DNA of 63,860 nucleotides, the filler included, from Octopus bimaculoides (taxonomy: Eukaryota), in NCBI RefSeq assembly GCF_001194135.2. It is 5 parts of 5 records of this genome, joined end to end, with 100 filler letters (N's around TTAATTAATTAA, not from the genome) between each part and the next. Parts side by side here need not be neighbours in the genome. Positions count along the whole stretch, not along the records: positions 1 to 22,451 come from NC_068988.1; positions 22,552 to 53,145 come from NC_068998.1; 3 more parts are not named here. The stretch is one strand, 5' to 3'. Position numbers and translations under genes: made by a program. This document shows positions 11,750-24,729 of the stretch, in pieces; the first letter of the stretch is position 1, and every line of letters starts with the position of its first letter. A model generated the notes under the pieces. That model saw only the letters and a list, made by a program, of their open reading frames with translations, was not told the origin of the DNA and did no database searches.

Positions 11750-13690
11750 CAAGCCAGACAGCAGCACCAGGCTCCAGTCTGATTTGACATGGTTTCTCCT
11801 GCTGGATGCCCTTCCTAACGCCAACCACTTTGAGAGTGTAATGGATGCTTTTACATGACACCAGTAACGGCCACAACAACAATTTCACAGGTGCCATTTA
11901 CATGACACTGGCAATGGTCATGACTACAGTTTCACTTGGCTTACGAGTCTTCTCAAGATGCGTGTGTGTGTGTTTGCCTTTGTGTTTATCCCCCACTACT
12001 AGTTCACAACTGGTGTTGGGTTCGTTACATCCCCCATAACTTAGTAGTTCACCAAAAGAGACAGATAGAATAAGTAACAGACTTGAAAAGAAAGTACTGG
12101 GGTCAATCAGTTCAACAAAACCCCTTCACAGTGGTGCTCCAGTATGGCCACAGTCTAATGACTGAAAAAGTAAAAGATAAAAGGTACAAGATGAGTAATT
12201 CATCTAGGACTACATCTACCAACACGTCTTTCCCTTTTTTAAGATTGTAAGATGTGATTTCAGGAAGATTTGGCTGCTATTTCAAGAAGGTTGAGCAACT
12301 ACCCTTTCAGCACCACCACCCCCTTCTCACTATTTTTGGTTCATCTTAACAGATATGAAGGTGGTAGTGGTGGTGGTGACTTGTGGTGGTTGTAGTGGAG
12401 AGGGTGATGATGAGTAGTGGTAGTAGTGGTGCTGGTCGTGATTGTGGTGGTGATGATGACAATGATGGTAGGGATGGTGGTGGTGGTGGTGGTCTCCATG
12501 CAGTGGCTAACAAAACTCTGCTTATATTTAATCATCTGCCAAACAAATGGCAGACTGCAAGATTAAATGCTTTAACAATATCATATTTAATTCTCTCATG
12601 GTTTATAAAGCTTAAATCAGGCTGGTGGCAGAGTGGTTAAAAAGCTTACTTCACAACTACACGGTACTGGGTTCAACACCACTACACAGCATCTGCAGCA
12701 AAGTGTGTTCTATCCTAGCATTGAGTTGATCAATGGGAGATGGAAACTGTGTAGAAGCCTTCCATACACACACATATTTNNNNNNNNNNNNNNNNNNNNN
12801 NNNNNNNNNNNNNNNNNNNNNNNNNNNNNNNNNNNNNNNNNNNNNNNNNNNNNNNNNNNNNNNNNNNNNNNNNNNNNNNNNNNNNNNNNNNNNNNNNNNN
12901 NNNNNNNNNNNNNNNNNNNNNNNNNNNNNNNNNNNNNNNNNNNNNNNNNNNNNNNNNNNNNNNNNNNNNNNNNNNNNNNNNNNNNNNNNNNNNNNNNNNN
13001 NNNNNNNNNNNNNNNNNNNNNNNNNNNNNNNNNNNNNNNNNNNNNNNNNNNNNNNNNNNNNNNNNNNNNNNNNNNNNNNNNNNNNNNNNNNNNNNNNNNN
13101 NNNNNNNNNNNNNNNNNNNNNNNNNNNNNNNNNNNNNNNNNNNNNNNNNNNNNNNNNNNNNNNNNNNNNNNNNNNNNNNNNNNNNNNNNNNNNNNNNNNN
13201 NNNNNNNNNNNNNNNNNNNNNNNNNNNNNNNNNNNNNNNNNNNNNNNNNNNNNNNNNNNNNNNNNNNNNNNNNNNNNNNNNNNNNNNNNNNNNNNNNNNN
13301 NNNNNNNNNNNNNNNNNNNNNNNNNNNNNNNNNNNNNNNNNNNNNNNNNNNNNNNNNNNNNNNNNNNNNNNNNNNNNNNNNNNNNNNNNNNNNNNNNNNN
13401 NNNNNNNNNNNNNNNNNNNNNNNNNNNNNNNNNNNNNNNNNNNNNNNNNNNNNNNNNNNNNNNNNNNNNNNNNNNNNNNNNNNNNNNNNCATGATGGTAG
13501 TGTGTCATTTCAGAAAGGTAAAAAAAGTTGGGGGATAGAAATTTGGCTGCTAATTCTTGCAAATCAAGTAACTATGTAACTACTTATCATTTCAAACACA
13601 GCAAGTAAAGAGAAAGAATGCTATTTCACAGATGGTCTGATTATTAAAGATAACAGTTAAGAGATAAAGATGAAATTTCCAGACACTTAC

Positions 13691-13783
13691 TGCATGGCCT
13701 TCCTTTTAGCGATGTTTTTCATGTCTGTCTGCTTGGATTTCTGGTTCATTTCCTTCTTCTCGTGGTATACTGGCAGAAGAATG
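13691..13783 (-). CDS. RPP38: RPP38-like exon 3 (ILLPVYHEKKEMNQKSKQTDMKNIAKRKAM)
   Basis: Acceptor TTTATTCTCAG, donor GTAAGT, 93 nt, phase 2 to 2, open in frame; Lys-rich linker like that preceding the L7Ae domain. Confidence 0.5.
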
Positions 13784-14981
13784 CTGAGAATAAAGAATTT
13801 GGGGCAATTAGAAATAATAGAGAAAGAAAGAAAAAAAGAAAATGAAAAACAACATCCATTTTAATTAAAGTCATCCATTATTATAATTATTCATCATCAT
13901 CAACAACATCGTTTAACGTCCTCCTTCTATGCTGGCATGGGTTGGATGGTTTGACAGGAGCCAGCCAGGCAGAAACCTGTACCAGACTACTGTGACTGTT
14001 TCAGCAGGATTTTTACAGGTGGATGTTCTTCCTAACACCAACCACCCAACAGAGTGGACTTAGTGCTTTTTACATGGCACAAGCAGAGGTAAGGTCAGTT
14101 TTGGCAAGGTTTTTACAGCTGGATGCCCTTCCAAATGCTGACCATTTTACAGTGTGGACTGGGTGCTTTTTAAGTAGCACCTGCACTGACAGGGTTATCA
14201 AGTAACTTATAAAAGAAAATCTTTTGAGAGGGGAGGGGCATTGGAGGAAGTGATCTTGTGGCAGTTGATGAAAGGTTATAATGAGAGAGAAGGTCCAAGG
14301 TTACTCAGCCAAAGAGGGAGAGAGAGAGATCAGGAATGAAGACAGAAACAGGTGTGCTGCCATAAAGGAGAAACATGGTTACTCAACTTGAGGGAAGTGC
14401 AGGAGAAGTAGAGAGAGTAGGAGACAGCAGGATAGAGATGGTGGCAAAGTGCCAGGCATACTCACAAGGGACGGGGATCAGAATATAAATGGTGGCAAAT
14501 GCCTGGTGCTTTGCTATACTCGAGAAGACCTGTACTCTGCAGCAAAAATGTTAAGACCAGCCCCCTTAGTGGTGAGGATTGACCTGCAAGAGTCCATGCT
14601 GGTGCCTGGTGAAAAACACTTGTTGCAGTGCCACATAAAAGCACCCATGCAGCACCATGTGAAAGTGCCCATGCAGCACCACGTGAAAGCACCTGTGCAG
14701 TGCCACATAAAAGCCCCTGTATGGTTCCACATAAACATGCCCATGCAGCACCTCATAAAAGCACCCATGTGGTGCCATGTAAAAGCGCCTGTGCAGTGCC
14801 ACATATAAGTGCCCAGCACACTCTGTAAAGTGCTCACAGCTAGGAAGAGCATCCAGCTGTAGAAACTGTGCCAAATCAGATTGGTGCAGCTCCCCAGCTC
14901 TGGCCAAACCATCCAACCCATGCCAACATCATGATGATGATAATATATATATGTATATATATACATCTGTATATATGTATA

Positions 14982-15019
<38 letters not shown>

Positions 15020-16995
15020 TGTATATATTTTTGTGTGCATGTGTGTGTTTGTGTTTCCTTGTCTTCACACAGTGTGATAGTCGTAAATGAGTGTCACTGT
15101 CCTACAAGCAGTGTCGTTCATTTCCAATATTCTGTGAGAATATGTCTGACCAAGAGGAAATATTACCTTGCCAGGAAACAGGTGGGGGTTGGCAACAGGA
15201 AAGGCATCCAGCTGCAGAAAATCTATTTCAATAAACTCCAGCCAACCCATGCACACATAGAACAGTGGATATTAAATGATGATGATTGTTGTTGCTATTG
15301 ACAGAGTCATTAGAGCATTAGATAGAGTACTTTAAACTATTCGTTCCAGCTCTTTGTGCTCTGATTTCAAATCCTACTGGAGACATCTTTGCCTTACATC
15401 TTTTTTTCTAACTTTTTGCATTTGGAGTTCAAATCCCAGCAAGATCATCTTTACCTCTTATCCTTCCAGAGTTGATAAAATAAAGTGCTGGTCAAACACT
15501 GGGGTCAATATTATAGACTGTTCTCTTCCCTAAAAAAATTTCTGGTCTTATGCCTATGAACAAAATTATTATAAGTAGCAGCAGTAGTAGTAGAAGCTTA
15601 TTTAGCCCCTGGTCTGCCTGAACCATCAAGCCAATCAGATGTGACCAGGAGGTGACAACCATTCTATTGCTTTGTATATCTAGAATTACATTGTCCAAAG
15701 CTTCCTTCTTTTAATTTTTTTAAGATATGATTGCAAGACGGTTTAGTTACTATTTTTAGCAAATCAAGCAACCACATAGCAGGTCCATCATTAAACTCGA
15801 TGTAGATCTTGGATACAACAGCATAGGTGACATAGTTACATCGCCATAATGACCAGACCATCGGATATTGTTATACACCACTCATCACAATGCACTTTCC
15901 TGTATTGCTGTAGCTTTCAAATGATGCCACTCTACTGGCTACACAGGTAGATGAATGGGATATATGCGACCAAGATCACAACACTGTCCCTGAATGGAAA
16001 ACCAGGATTGCTCATTCACAGCTGAGTGGACCAGAACAACATGAAATGAAATGTCTTGCCCAAGAATACAACAAATTTTCTGGTCCAGGAATCGAAACCA
16101 TGATCTTGCAGTCATGAGTGCAACACCTTAACCACCAAGCCATTGCACCTTCACTACAAAGTTACATAGTAAACCTGAACAGACCATCATTAATCAGTTA
16201 CCATGGTGATAGTGCAGCCCTAGTTTCTCCCTCTGGCTTCTAAAGTAATTAACTGCAAAATTTAATAGCCAGCATCATAATTGGCTCAGCTTCGGGGCTT
16301 CAGCTTCTCACATATCTGAGAGAAATAAAGTTTAGATGAGCATGGAAAGAAAAATATGAAAAAAAATGATGAGGAGAGCAGGCAGAATCTTTCCAGGAGA
16401 GTTTTGGTTTTTTTTTTTGTTTGTTTTTACATTTATTTTGTTTGTTTTTTTTTGTTTTTTTGTTTGTTTTTTTGTTGTTTTTTTTCAGATTGTGAGTTAA
16501 GTAGGTAGTGTTGAAAGTGTCAGATTAAATAGTCTGCATTGGAGGCGGTGTTGTTGAGAAGAGCAGTCAGTGACTGATTGCCCAGTTAACTCATAATAAC
16601 GTCCCTGCTTACCATTCTTTTTCTCTCCCATGTTCCTGCAGACACACATGAACACACACACACACACATGCACATACACACATACATTCAGAATCACAAA
16701 CATACAAGCATACACATATGCACATACACTCACGAACACATATACACACATGCAGACACATGCACACTACATACACACACACATATGCACACACTACACA
16801 CACACACACACACAGAGAAGCACACAAACCAATACAGACACACACAAGCTCATACATACAAGCCATAATTACATTCAGAATGCCTGCAATTTATCTAAGT
16901 AGATCTCAGACTCCCTCTTACAATACAGTCCACTTCCTGCATCAACTTCCCTTATATAGTGTGTGTGTGTGTGTGTGTGTGTGTGNNNNNNNNNN

Positions 16996-17067
<72 letters not shown>

Positions 17068-17821
17068 ACGCACATGCACACACACATTTCGTTTTGTAAA
17101 TCAGCTAGTTTTCTTGTGGCTGCTGTTTGTTTATTTTGTTTATAGTCGGGGGGGTAGGAGAGGGGCATGGGGCAAAGCTCATGGCATTTGCAGACACTCA
17201 CAGATTAGTGAGGTCCATGGAGGTTGATGACAAAGTCTTCATAACTATGGATCGATGCTTATAAGGAAAACATATGCAAGCATGACAGAGACAAGAGGCA
17301 ATTTTAGAGAAATAGACGGCAGGAGCCAATCCTAAACATAAAAGTTTAGGCAAAGTGCTCTGTGGTGGTGGTGCCCCAGCATGGCCATAGCTCACAGGCT
17401 GAAGCAAGTAGAAGTGTGAAAGAGTAGGACTTTTGGTGATGGACATAGTACAAGATGACAGAAGAAAGAGAAGTCTACATGCTGTACACACACACAAACA
17501 TACACAAAAATATATATATACATAGAAATAACAGGTCGCGGTCTCAAAGTGACGGAAATATTTTGGCAAATTAGATTTAAATGTTGAAGTGAATCTAACG
17601 GCTTTTGTGTGTTTCTTAAATGGCATATAAACACCTTCCATGCTGCAATTGTTTTGATATATATATATCATCATCATCATCATCAACGTTTAACATCTGC
17701 TTTCCATGCTGGCCTTACAATAATAACTATGATCGCTGCTATTTCTAGCATGCTAAACAAGATAGTTCTTAATGAGCTTTCATTTATATATAATATGTGA
17801 CTGAAAAAGAAAATTTAGCAG

Positions 17822-18345
17822 TAAAGGCACAACGGCAGAGAGAAAGACGGGCAACTGAATCAGATGAAACCAGGGCAAAGCGACTGAAGCAGATGCCTGA
17901 ATATGCACGGAGGCATAGACATGATTCTGTTTCCACTGCACACGACCAACTGGTTAGGGCATCTTGAGAGGAGAATATTCTACTTCAAAATAATGGTGTC
18001 AGATCACAAATTGTTGATTCAACACTAAAGAGATCTTTTCTTTGCGATCATGTGGAAGTAGTGGAGTTGACAACCTATCTAAGACTTCTTACAGAAGGTC
18101 ATTCTGATGAGAAAGAGTTTGCTAATTACCTTCTTGATGGAGGAAATGGTAACATTTCTATTGAACAAAGCCTAAGTGAATTCAAAATCAAACTACCCAG
18201 TGACCCTTGCCTTGAAAAGAGTACCCTTTTAGGTTTATATGATTTTGTATATGCTGACCTCAATAATAACTTCACAAACCCTGTGTGGCTTGCAAATAGA
18301 ACCATCGTTACTCCAACAAATGAAGCAGCACAATTTGTGAATGAC
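17822..18345 (+). mobile_element. Helitron Rep/Hel fragment (Pif1-like helicase portion)
   Basis: 18052 onward VELTTYLRL...EFANYLLDGGNG...IKLP...DFVYADL...WLANRTIVTPTNEAAQFVN resembles the Helitron helicase 'L..NMR...FA..LL.IG.G...RAIL.P.N' segment. Confidence 0.7.
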
Positions 18346-19123
18346 AGCTGCTACAGAGGCCTGGTTGGAGGGCCAGCCTTCAGAGATCTTTCTACAGGGC
18401 TTAGAAAAACTGAGAGACTGCTGCAATAAGTGTGTGAATCTGAGAGGGGAATATATTGAATAAAATCATAAGTATTTTCTTTTACCCAAAGCCATGAACT
18501 TTGCAGCATCTCCTCACATGTGTGTATGTATATATATATATTTGATGATTGCCACTTCTTTACAGAAGGATGCCATCTCTTCAAATAGTAAAGCTGACAT
18601 GAGATGTCATGACTAACCCACCCCAGATGAATGCTGCCACAAGTACAAGTAACCCTAACCCTAAGTACAATACCTCCAGCTAAGCATCAATAGGTAAACA
18701 GAAAATCCACCAACAGGACATATAAAAAAAATGGGTATCTATACTTCAAGGGAGATAATTTTTCAGTCCCAAAGAAGATTTATTTGAATGAACAAATGAG
18801 TGAACGAACGAATGAATGAATGAATGAATGAATGAATGAATGAATATGCTCACTCTTATGGTTGAAGGTCGACTTCCAGAACCAATCATCACTCTTCATC
18901 ATGTTGCAGTCTCGTGTTACTGGGGTCTTCCCCATCCAGTCCTTGATATCACTACTCTAGTTTTATCACTGTTGCCCAAAACCAGTTTTCTGTCTGCCCA
19001 GGACAGGATGCAAGAACACGTTTTGGGCCCTGACAACATGGCCAAAATATTGTCACTTACACCATATGTCCATCGTCACCAACTTTTGTTCTGCTCCCAT
19101 CTTATATCTCCCATTTAACTCTG

Positions 19124-19208
19124 ATAAAACTAGTTACAATAGGTTAACTTGCAAATACAGTACAAATAAAACTAGTTAGAATAAGTTAACTTGTAAATAC
19201 AGTACAAA
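19124..19208 (+). repeat. 42-bp tandem duplication
   Basis: ATAAAACTAGTTA(C/G)AATA(G/A)GTTAACTTG(C/T)AAATACAGTACAA twice. Confidence 0.8.
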
Positions 19209-19789
19209 TCTGGAGCATGGCTGTAACTATGTCACATAGGAAGCATAAGCAGTACAGATATAGTATAAATGATAACTTGTTGTTGTTTAGTCCCTGGTCA
19301 ACCCTTCTAGCATAGACCAATGATGAAAGGTATTCCAATCCAACAGTGAATAAATCTGTTTGTTCAAATATATCTAAGACTACATTATTTAATGTCCTTA
19401 GGGATAAGTGCAGTCAATTGTATCAATCCCATCCATTATCTGACTTAAAATTTATTTTATAAGAACAAAGGATCTGAACTCAGAATGTAAAGAAGTGTAA
19501 CATACATGCATGTATTTCATCACCATCATCATCATCGTTTAACGTCCGCTTTCCATGCTAGCATGGGTTGGACGATTTGACTGAGGACTGGTGAACCAGA
19601 TGGCTACACCAGATGTATTTAAATAAGAATGTATGTATGGTTGGGAAGCAAGCTTCTTAATTACACAGGTAAGAATTGGCAACAGGAAGGGCATCTTGCC
19701 ATAAAACACCACCTCAAGTAAGTCCCAGTCTAACCCATACTAGCATGGAAAAATGGATGTTGAATGAATAAATAGCGTTTAGGGTTTAC

Positions 19790-19840
19790 CTCGTCAGATC
19801 GTCCAGAATCTTCTGTTGATCTTCAACTGGAATTTTAGGC
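19790..19840 (-). CDS. RPP38: RPP38-like exon 2 (W-PKIPVEDQQKILDDLT)
   Basis: Acceptor TATTTGGCAG, donor GTAAAC, 51 nt, phase 2 to 2; completes the 'WP......Q..IL..L' motif in frame with exon 1. Confidence 0.65.
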
Positions 19841-21222
19841 CTGCCAAATAAAATATCATTTTAATATAAATATTTTGAAGAATGTAAAGAATGGTGATAA
19901 ATGCCAACACATTAGTACGAGGGAGTAACTTTGTCTCTGGAAGAGATAACTTTGCTGGAATAAAAATTCCTAGTGAAAAAAATAGTCTAATTTATTTTAT
20001 TTATTTTTTTATTGATTTAGATCTTTGGGCGCTGTGGGATTGCCGTCTGGGGGGATTTCAGTCAGTTATGTCAACCCCAGTAATTCGTCTGGTATTAAAA
20101 AAAGTGGTAAGTAGCTTGCTTACCAACCACATGGTCCCGGGTTCAGTCCCACAGCGTGGCATCTTGGGCAAGTGTCTTCTACTATAGCCTTGGGCCGACC
20201 AAAGCCTTGTGAGTGGATTTGGTAGACGGAAACTGAAAGAAGCCTGTCGTATATATGTATATATATATATGTATGTGTGTATGTGTTTGTCCCCCCAACA
20301 TCGCTTGACAACCGATGCTGGTGTGTTTACGTCCCCGTAACTTAACGGTTCGGCAAAAGAGACCGATAGAATAAGTACTAGGCTTCCAAAGGATAAGTCC
20401 TGGGGTCGATTTGCTTGACTAAAGGCGGTGCTCCAGCATAGCCACAGTCAAAAGACTGAAACAAGTAAAAGAGTAAGAGAGTGCGACTTTTTTTTTGTTG
20501 TTTTTTGTTTTACAGTTAAAAGGGAGATAACTCTCACAGCATTACTATTTCATGGCGTAAAAATGGCTAAGTTATTCGCTTCCCCAACTACGTTGTTTCA
20601 AGTTCAGTCCCACTGCGTAGCAAATTAGTCAACTATTTTCTACTATAACCTCAGGCCGATCTAAGCCTTGTGAGCGGATCTGGTTGAAGGAGGCTGAAAG
20701 AAGTCACATCTTTGCTCTATCAGTGCTGAGTTTGTTGTTAAATATATAAAACACAACAGAATGGCCACAACACTATGCATCCACTTAACACTGCTTGTGT
20801 ATATCGGATTCCCTTTTGATATCTTTTATCTTTTACTTGTTTCAGTCATTTAACTGAGGCCATGCTTCGGCACCGCCTTAAAAGGCTTTAGCCGAACATA
20901 TCGACCCCTTTTTTTAAAGCCTAATAGTTATTCTATCAGTCACTTTTGCCAAACCGTTAAGTTACGGAGACGTAAACACACCAACACCGGTTGTCAAGCG
21001 GTGGTTGGGGACAAACACACACACACATAGATACATATATCAGCTCCGTTGAACCTTGTGGTGTGCGACCAATTGAGATGCTTGGTATTGAATTGTTTTT
21101 CTTCTTTCTTCCTCTTCTTTTGTCTTTTCTTTTTCTTTCTTCGCTTATGTTTGTGCTTTGTTCGATTTTGGATTTGTATTTTATTGTGGTCTTGTATTAT
21201 ATATGTATCATATACATGTATT

Positions 21223-21591
21223 GTGGAGGCGCAATGGCTCAGTGGTTAGGGCAACGGACTCGCGGTCATAGGATCGCGGTTTCGATTCCCAGACCGAGCG
21301 TTGTGTGTGTTTATTGAGCGAAAACACCTAAAGCTGCACGAGGCTCCGGCAGGTGATGGTGGAGAACCCTGCTGTACACAACTTTCTCTCACTCTCTCTT
21401 CCTCTTGTGCCTGTAATTCAAAGGGTCAGCCTTGTAACACTGTGTCACGCTGAATATCCACGAGAACTACGTTAAGGGTACACGTTTCTGTGGAGTGCTC
21501 AGCCACTTGCACGTTCATTTCACGAGCAGGCTGTTCCGTTGATCGGATCAACTGTGTACCCTCGACGTCGTAAGCGATGGAGTGCCAACAA
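21223..21591 (+). mobile_element. Full-length tRNA-derived SINE, family A
   Basis: A box TGGCTCAGTGG, B box GGTTTCGATTCC, (ACA) tail, TSD-like ATACATGT(A/G)TT; highly similar to 34436-34820. Confidence 0.85.
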
Positions 21592-22001
21592 CATACATGT
21601 GTTATATATGTAATAAAATAAATGTTACCATGACATTGCCCCCGTACAAACGAAATTTCGTTTAATAAAGAAAATAAAAATTAGTTTATTAAAAAATAAT
21701 TGTAATGCATTCTATCCAACTATCGGCCAAGATGCTTTTCATTCATAGACTGACTCGATCGGGGCTGTTGAGGGACCGAACAATAGCAAAATCTTTACAA
21801 CTCTTACAGGTACAAGAATGTAGAGAGTGGAGAGTTGGGGGCAGACTGATATTTAATGGGTATCAAGTTTTTCTAGGGATAAAGCCGAATGAACAGATAA
21901 CACACAGAAACATGTGGGTTTAAGACTGTAGTAAACAATATAGTAATGATTCATTAATACATACATAAATTAGTTGGACAGTGCAAGGAGTGTTGACCTA
22001 C

Positions 22002-22111
22002 CATTGTGTCTTGAAAGGGGTTATCAAAACAGATTTCACAGCCTTCTTCTTTTGCCGTATTGCTGCCTGTTGTAAAGATTGCTTTTGCTCATGTTTTGTT
22101 AAGGTAGCCAT
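22002..22111 (-). CDS. RPP38: Probable RNase P/MRP subunit p38 (Pop3-like), first coding exon (MATLTKHEQKQSLQQAAIRQKKKAVKSVLITPFKTQ)
   Basis: ATG at 22111, donor GTAGGT, phase 2; K..VK..L..PF...W resembles the RPP38/Pop3 N-terminal motif (recalled, not searched). A possible acceptor at 22140 suggests an upstream non-coding exon. Confidence 0.6.
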
Positions 22112-22451
22112 TTTCTGTCTTTTAACAACTTCCTGTTTTCTGATATCAAACACGCAAGATCAAGGTAGAGTTGTTTCCCCTGCAAGTGGTTACTATTTGG
22201 TGAACAGTCATTTCTTATCCAACAGGCCTTGGGTTCACAGTCGATAGGCACAGCTACAGTTCAGCAAAGCCCCTGCTTTGCATTGTTTTTCTTTTCGTCT
22301 CATTTTTTTTTTAGTCACGGTAATGCTGAGACACTGCCTCGAAGGATTTTTAGTCAAGCGAATTGACCACAATACTTTTAATCCCTGGTATTATTCTATC
22401 AGACAGTTGTGTCGAACGACTGTTACGGAAATGTGAACAAACCAGCACCAG

Positions 22452-22551
22452 NNNNNNNNNNNNNNNNNNNNNNNNNNNNNNNNNNNNNNNNNNNNTTAAT
22501 TAATTAANNNNNNNNNNNNNNNNNNNNNNNNNNNNNNNNNNNNNNNNNNNN
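22452..22551. other. Assembly join with artificial linker N44-TTAATTAATTAA-N44
   Basis: Identical 100-bp construct at 22452-22551, 53146-53245, 57135-57234 and 60853-60952. Confidence 0.9.
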
Positions 22552-22586
<35 letters not shown>

Positions 22587-23459
22587 GATGTATCTATTTA
22601 CCTCGGCTATGATTTTAAACTGCATCTGGTAGTGGAGGTCCTGGTCTGGGAGTTCCAGGGTTTGTTTTGGAATGTGGAACTACCTCTTAGTTACTGTTGT
22701 TTCTAGATATACTCTGATCTGGTGTTGAGCACCTATTAAGGTCCTAGCTATGGTTTAATTTGCATATTATGGAAGAAGCTCCAAGCAAAAATCCTCACTG
22801 TCATGTGAGTACCTTGGGAAAAGAAAAGGCTTGGCGAATCTATTTTGACAGCAAATCAAATAGTGGTCCAGTGCACTTTTTGACATCCTTCCAGCAGATT
22901 TAGGACAGGTGGAGCTCTCCAACCCTGTAAAGCAATTATCCTGGGAGAAGGCTGCTCCAATGTAAAACCTACAGCTTACTGGTCACTGTAGTGGCCTTAG
23001 CCTGTTTAGCCAATGTGGTCAGACTTCCAAATCTACAGAGTGGGATTGGATTGCAAGGACTGACTCACTTCAAAACTTACTAAATGCAGGCAAGTAGAAA
23101 AGCCCTGTCGTGCCAAGTATCAGTTTACATTCGCACCTGAGGGTGTGCCACTCTTTCTCATGATCTTTGGAGGTGTAAACATCGTTGTGTGGTAAGAAGA
23201 TTGCTTCCCANNNNNNNNNNNNNNNNNNNNNNNNNNNNNNNNNNNNNNNNNNNNNNNNNNNNNNNNNNNNNNNNNNNNNNNNNNNNNNNNNNNNNNNNNN
23301 NNNNNNNNNNNNNNNNNNNNNNNNNNNNNNNNNNNNNNNNNNNNNNNNNNNNNNNNNNNNNNNNNNNNNNNNNNNNNNNNNNNNNNNNNNNNNNNNNNNN
23401 NNNNNNNNNNNNNNNNNNNNNNNNNNNNNNNNNNNNNNNNNNNNNNNNNNNNNNNNNNN

Positions 23460-23495
<36 letters not shown>

Positions 23496-23786
23496 ATATA
23501 TATATATGTATACATATATGTGTGTATGTGTGTAGATATGTATATATGTATGTATATATTCATTTGTGTGCATCTTTGTGTTTGTGCTTATCTTCCACCA
23601 CCACTTTTGAGCTGGTCTTGGTGTGTTCATGCCTCTGTAACTTAACAGTTTGGCAGAAAGGGACCAATAGAATAAGTACCAGTCTTAGTAAAATAGGCAC
23701 TGGGGTCAATTTGTTTGACTAAACCCTTTAAGACAGTGCCCCAGCATGACTGCAGTCCAATAACTGAAACAAGTAACAGATATGAG

Positions 23787-23824
<38 letters not shown>

Positions 23825-24268
23825 ATACATGTATGTATTTTTACATGCACATATACTATTTCAAGAGAAGTGGTGACAGTGACTTAGTAGTTTCAGTCTG
23901 ATGAAAGCTAGGAGGCTGAAACGCCAAAGCCACTTTCCTCACTCTACACACCATTTAGGCGCATAAAGTTCATATGATCCTCTGGTATTAGATTTTAATC
24001 AAACATTCCAGGCACTCTAGAAAGAATTTTAATTAATTCAATATAGGTAATGTGCCCTCAGACATGAAATCAGTTTGGTAAGTGTCATGCATGAAACTCT
24101 TGACCCTTGAATCACTTTTGTAACTTTCTGTCTATTAAAATTATAAGCATATACTCAGGTAGTGAATGTAATTTCTCCATTTTTTTTTACATATAAACCT
24201 ATATAAATATGCATACATACCAACATATCTCACCCAAATATATGAAACAACAGATGAATAATGTGTTA

Positions 24269-24588
24269 ATTCACTACAGCTGTTTCCAATGAATTTTTAA
24301 TTGATTAATACAGACATTACATCATTAGAAAAAACTGTTTCCATCAGGTGAATACATGAACCACAACATTCAAAATGCAATGGGATGTGCATCTTCATGA
24401 TTCTATAACCCTTGCTAATCATTGAATTATGAGTAAGGGTTCAGAATCATGAAGATGCACATCTCATTGGATTTTGAATATTTTTGAATGTTGTGGCTCA
24501 TATATTCACCTGATGAAAACAGTTTTCTCTAATGATGTAATGTCTCCATTACTCAATTAAAAATTCATTGGAAACAGCTGCAGTGAAT
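24269..24588. repeat. About 320-bp imperfect fold-back
   Basis: Left and right arms of about 150 bp are reverse complements around a short loop near 24418-24430. Confidence 0.9.
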
Positions 24589-24729
24589 GTTATTTATTCA
24601 TTTATTATTCTCCTCTCTTGGAACCTGCCCCTTGTGTAGATCCACAGTTAGTTATTTCAATCATCACAGAGTCTGCCATGATGATTCAAATTACTAATGC
24701 ATAAAATATCTAAGGGTATATTCTTCCCA

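Noticed and set aside
14449-14828. ORF with repeated QHHVKAP-like units
   Set aside because: An internal minisatellite of about 24 bp in repeat family C; similar units occur in other copies in various frames.
16497-17227. Long ORFs such as [18 protein letters not shown], poly-I, poly-M and poly-V here and throughout the ORF track
   Set aside because: Translations of microsatellites or of N gaps; no coding signal.
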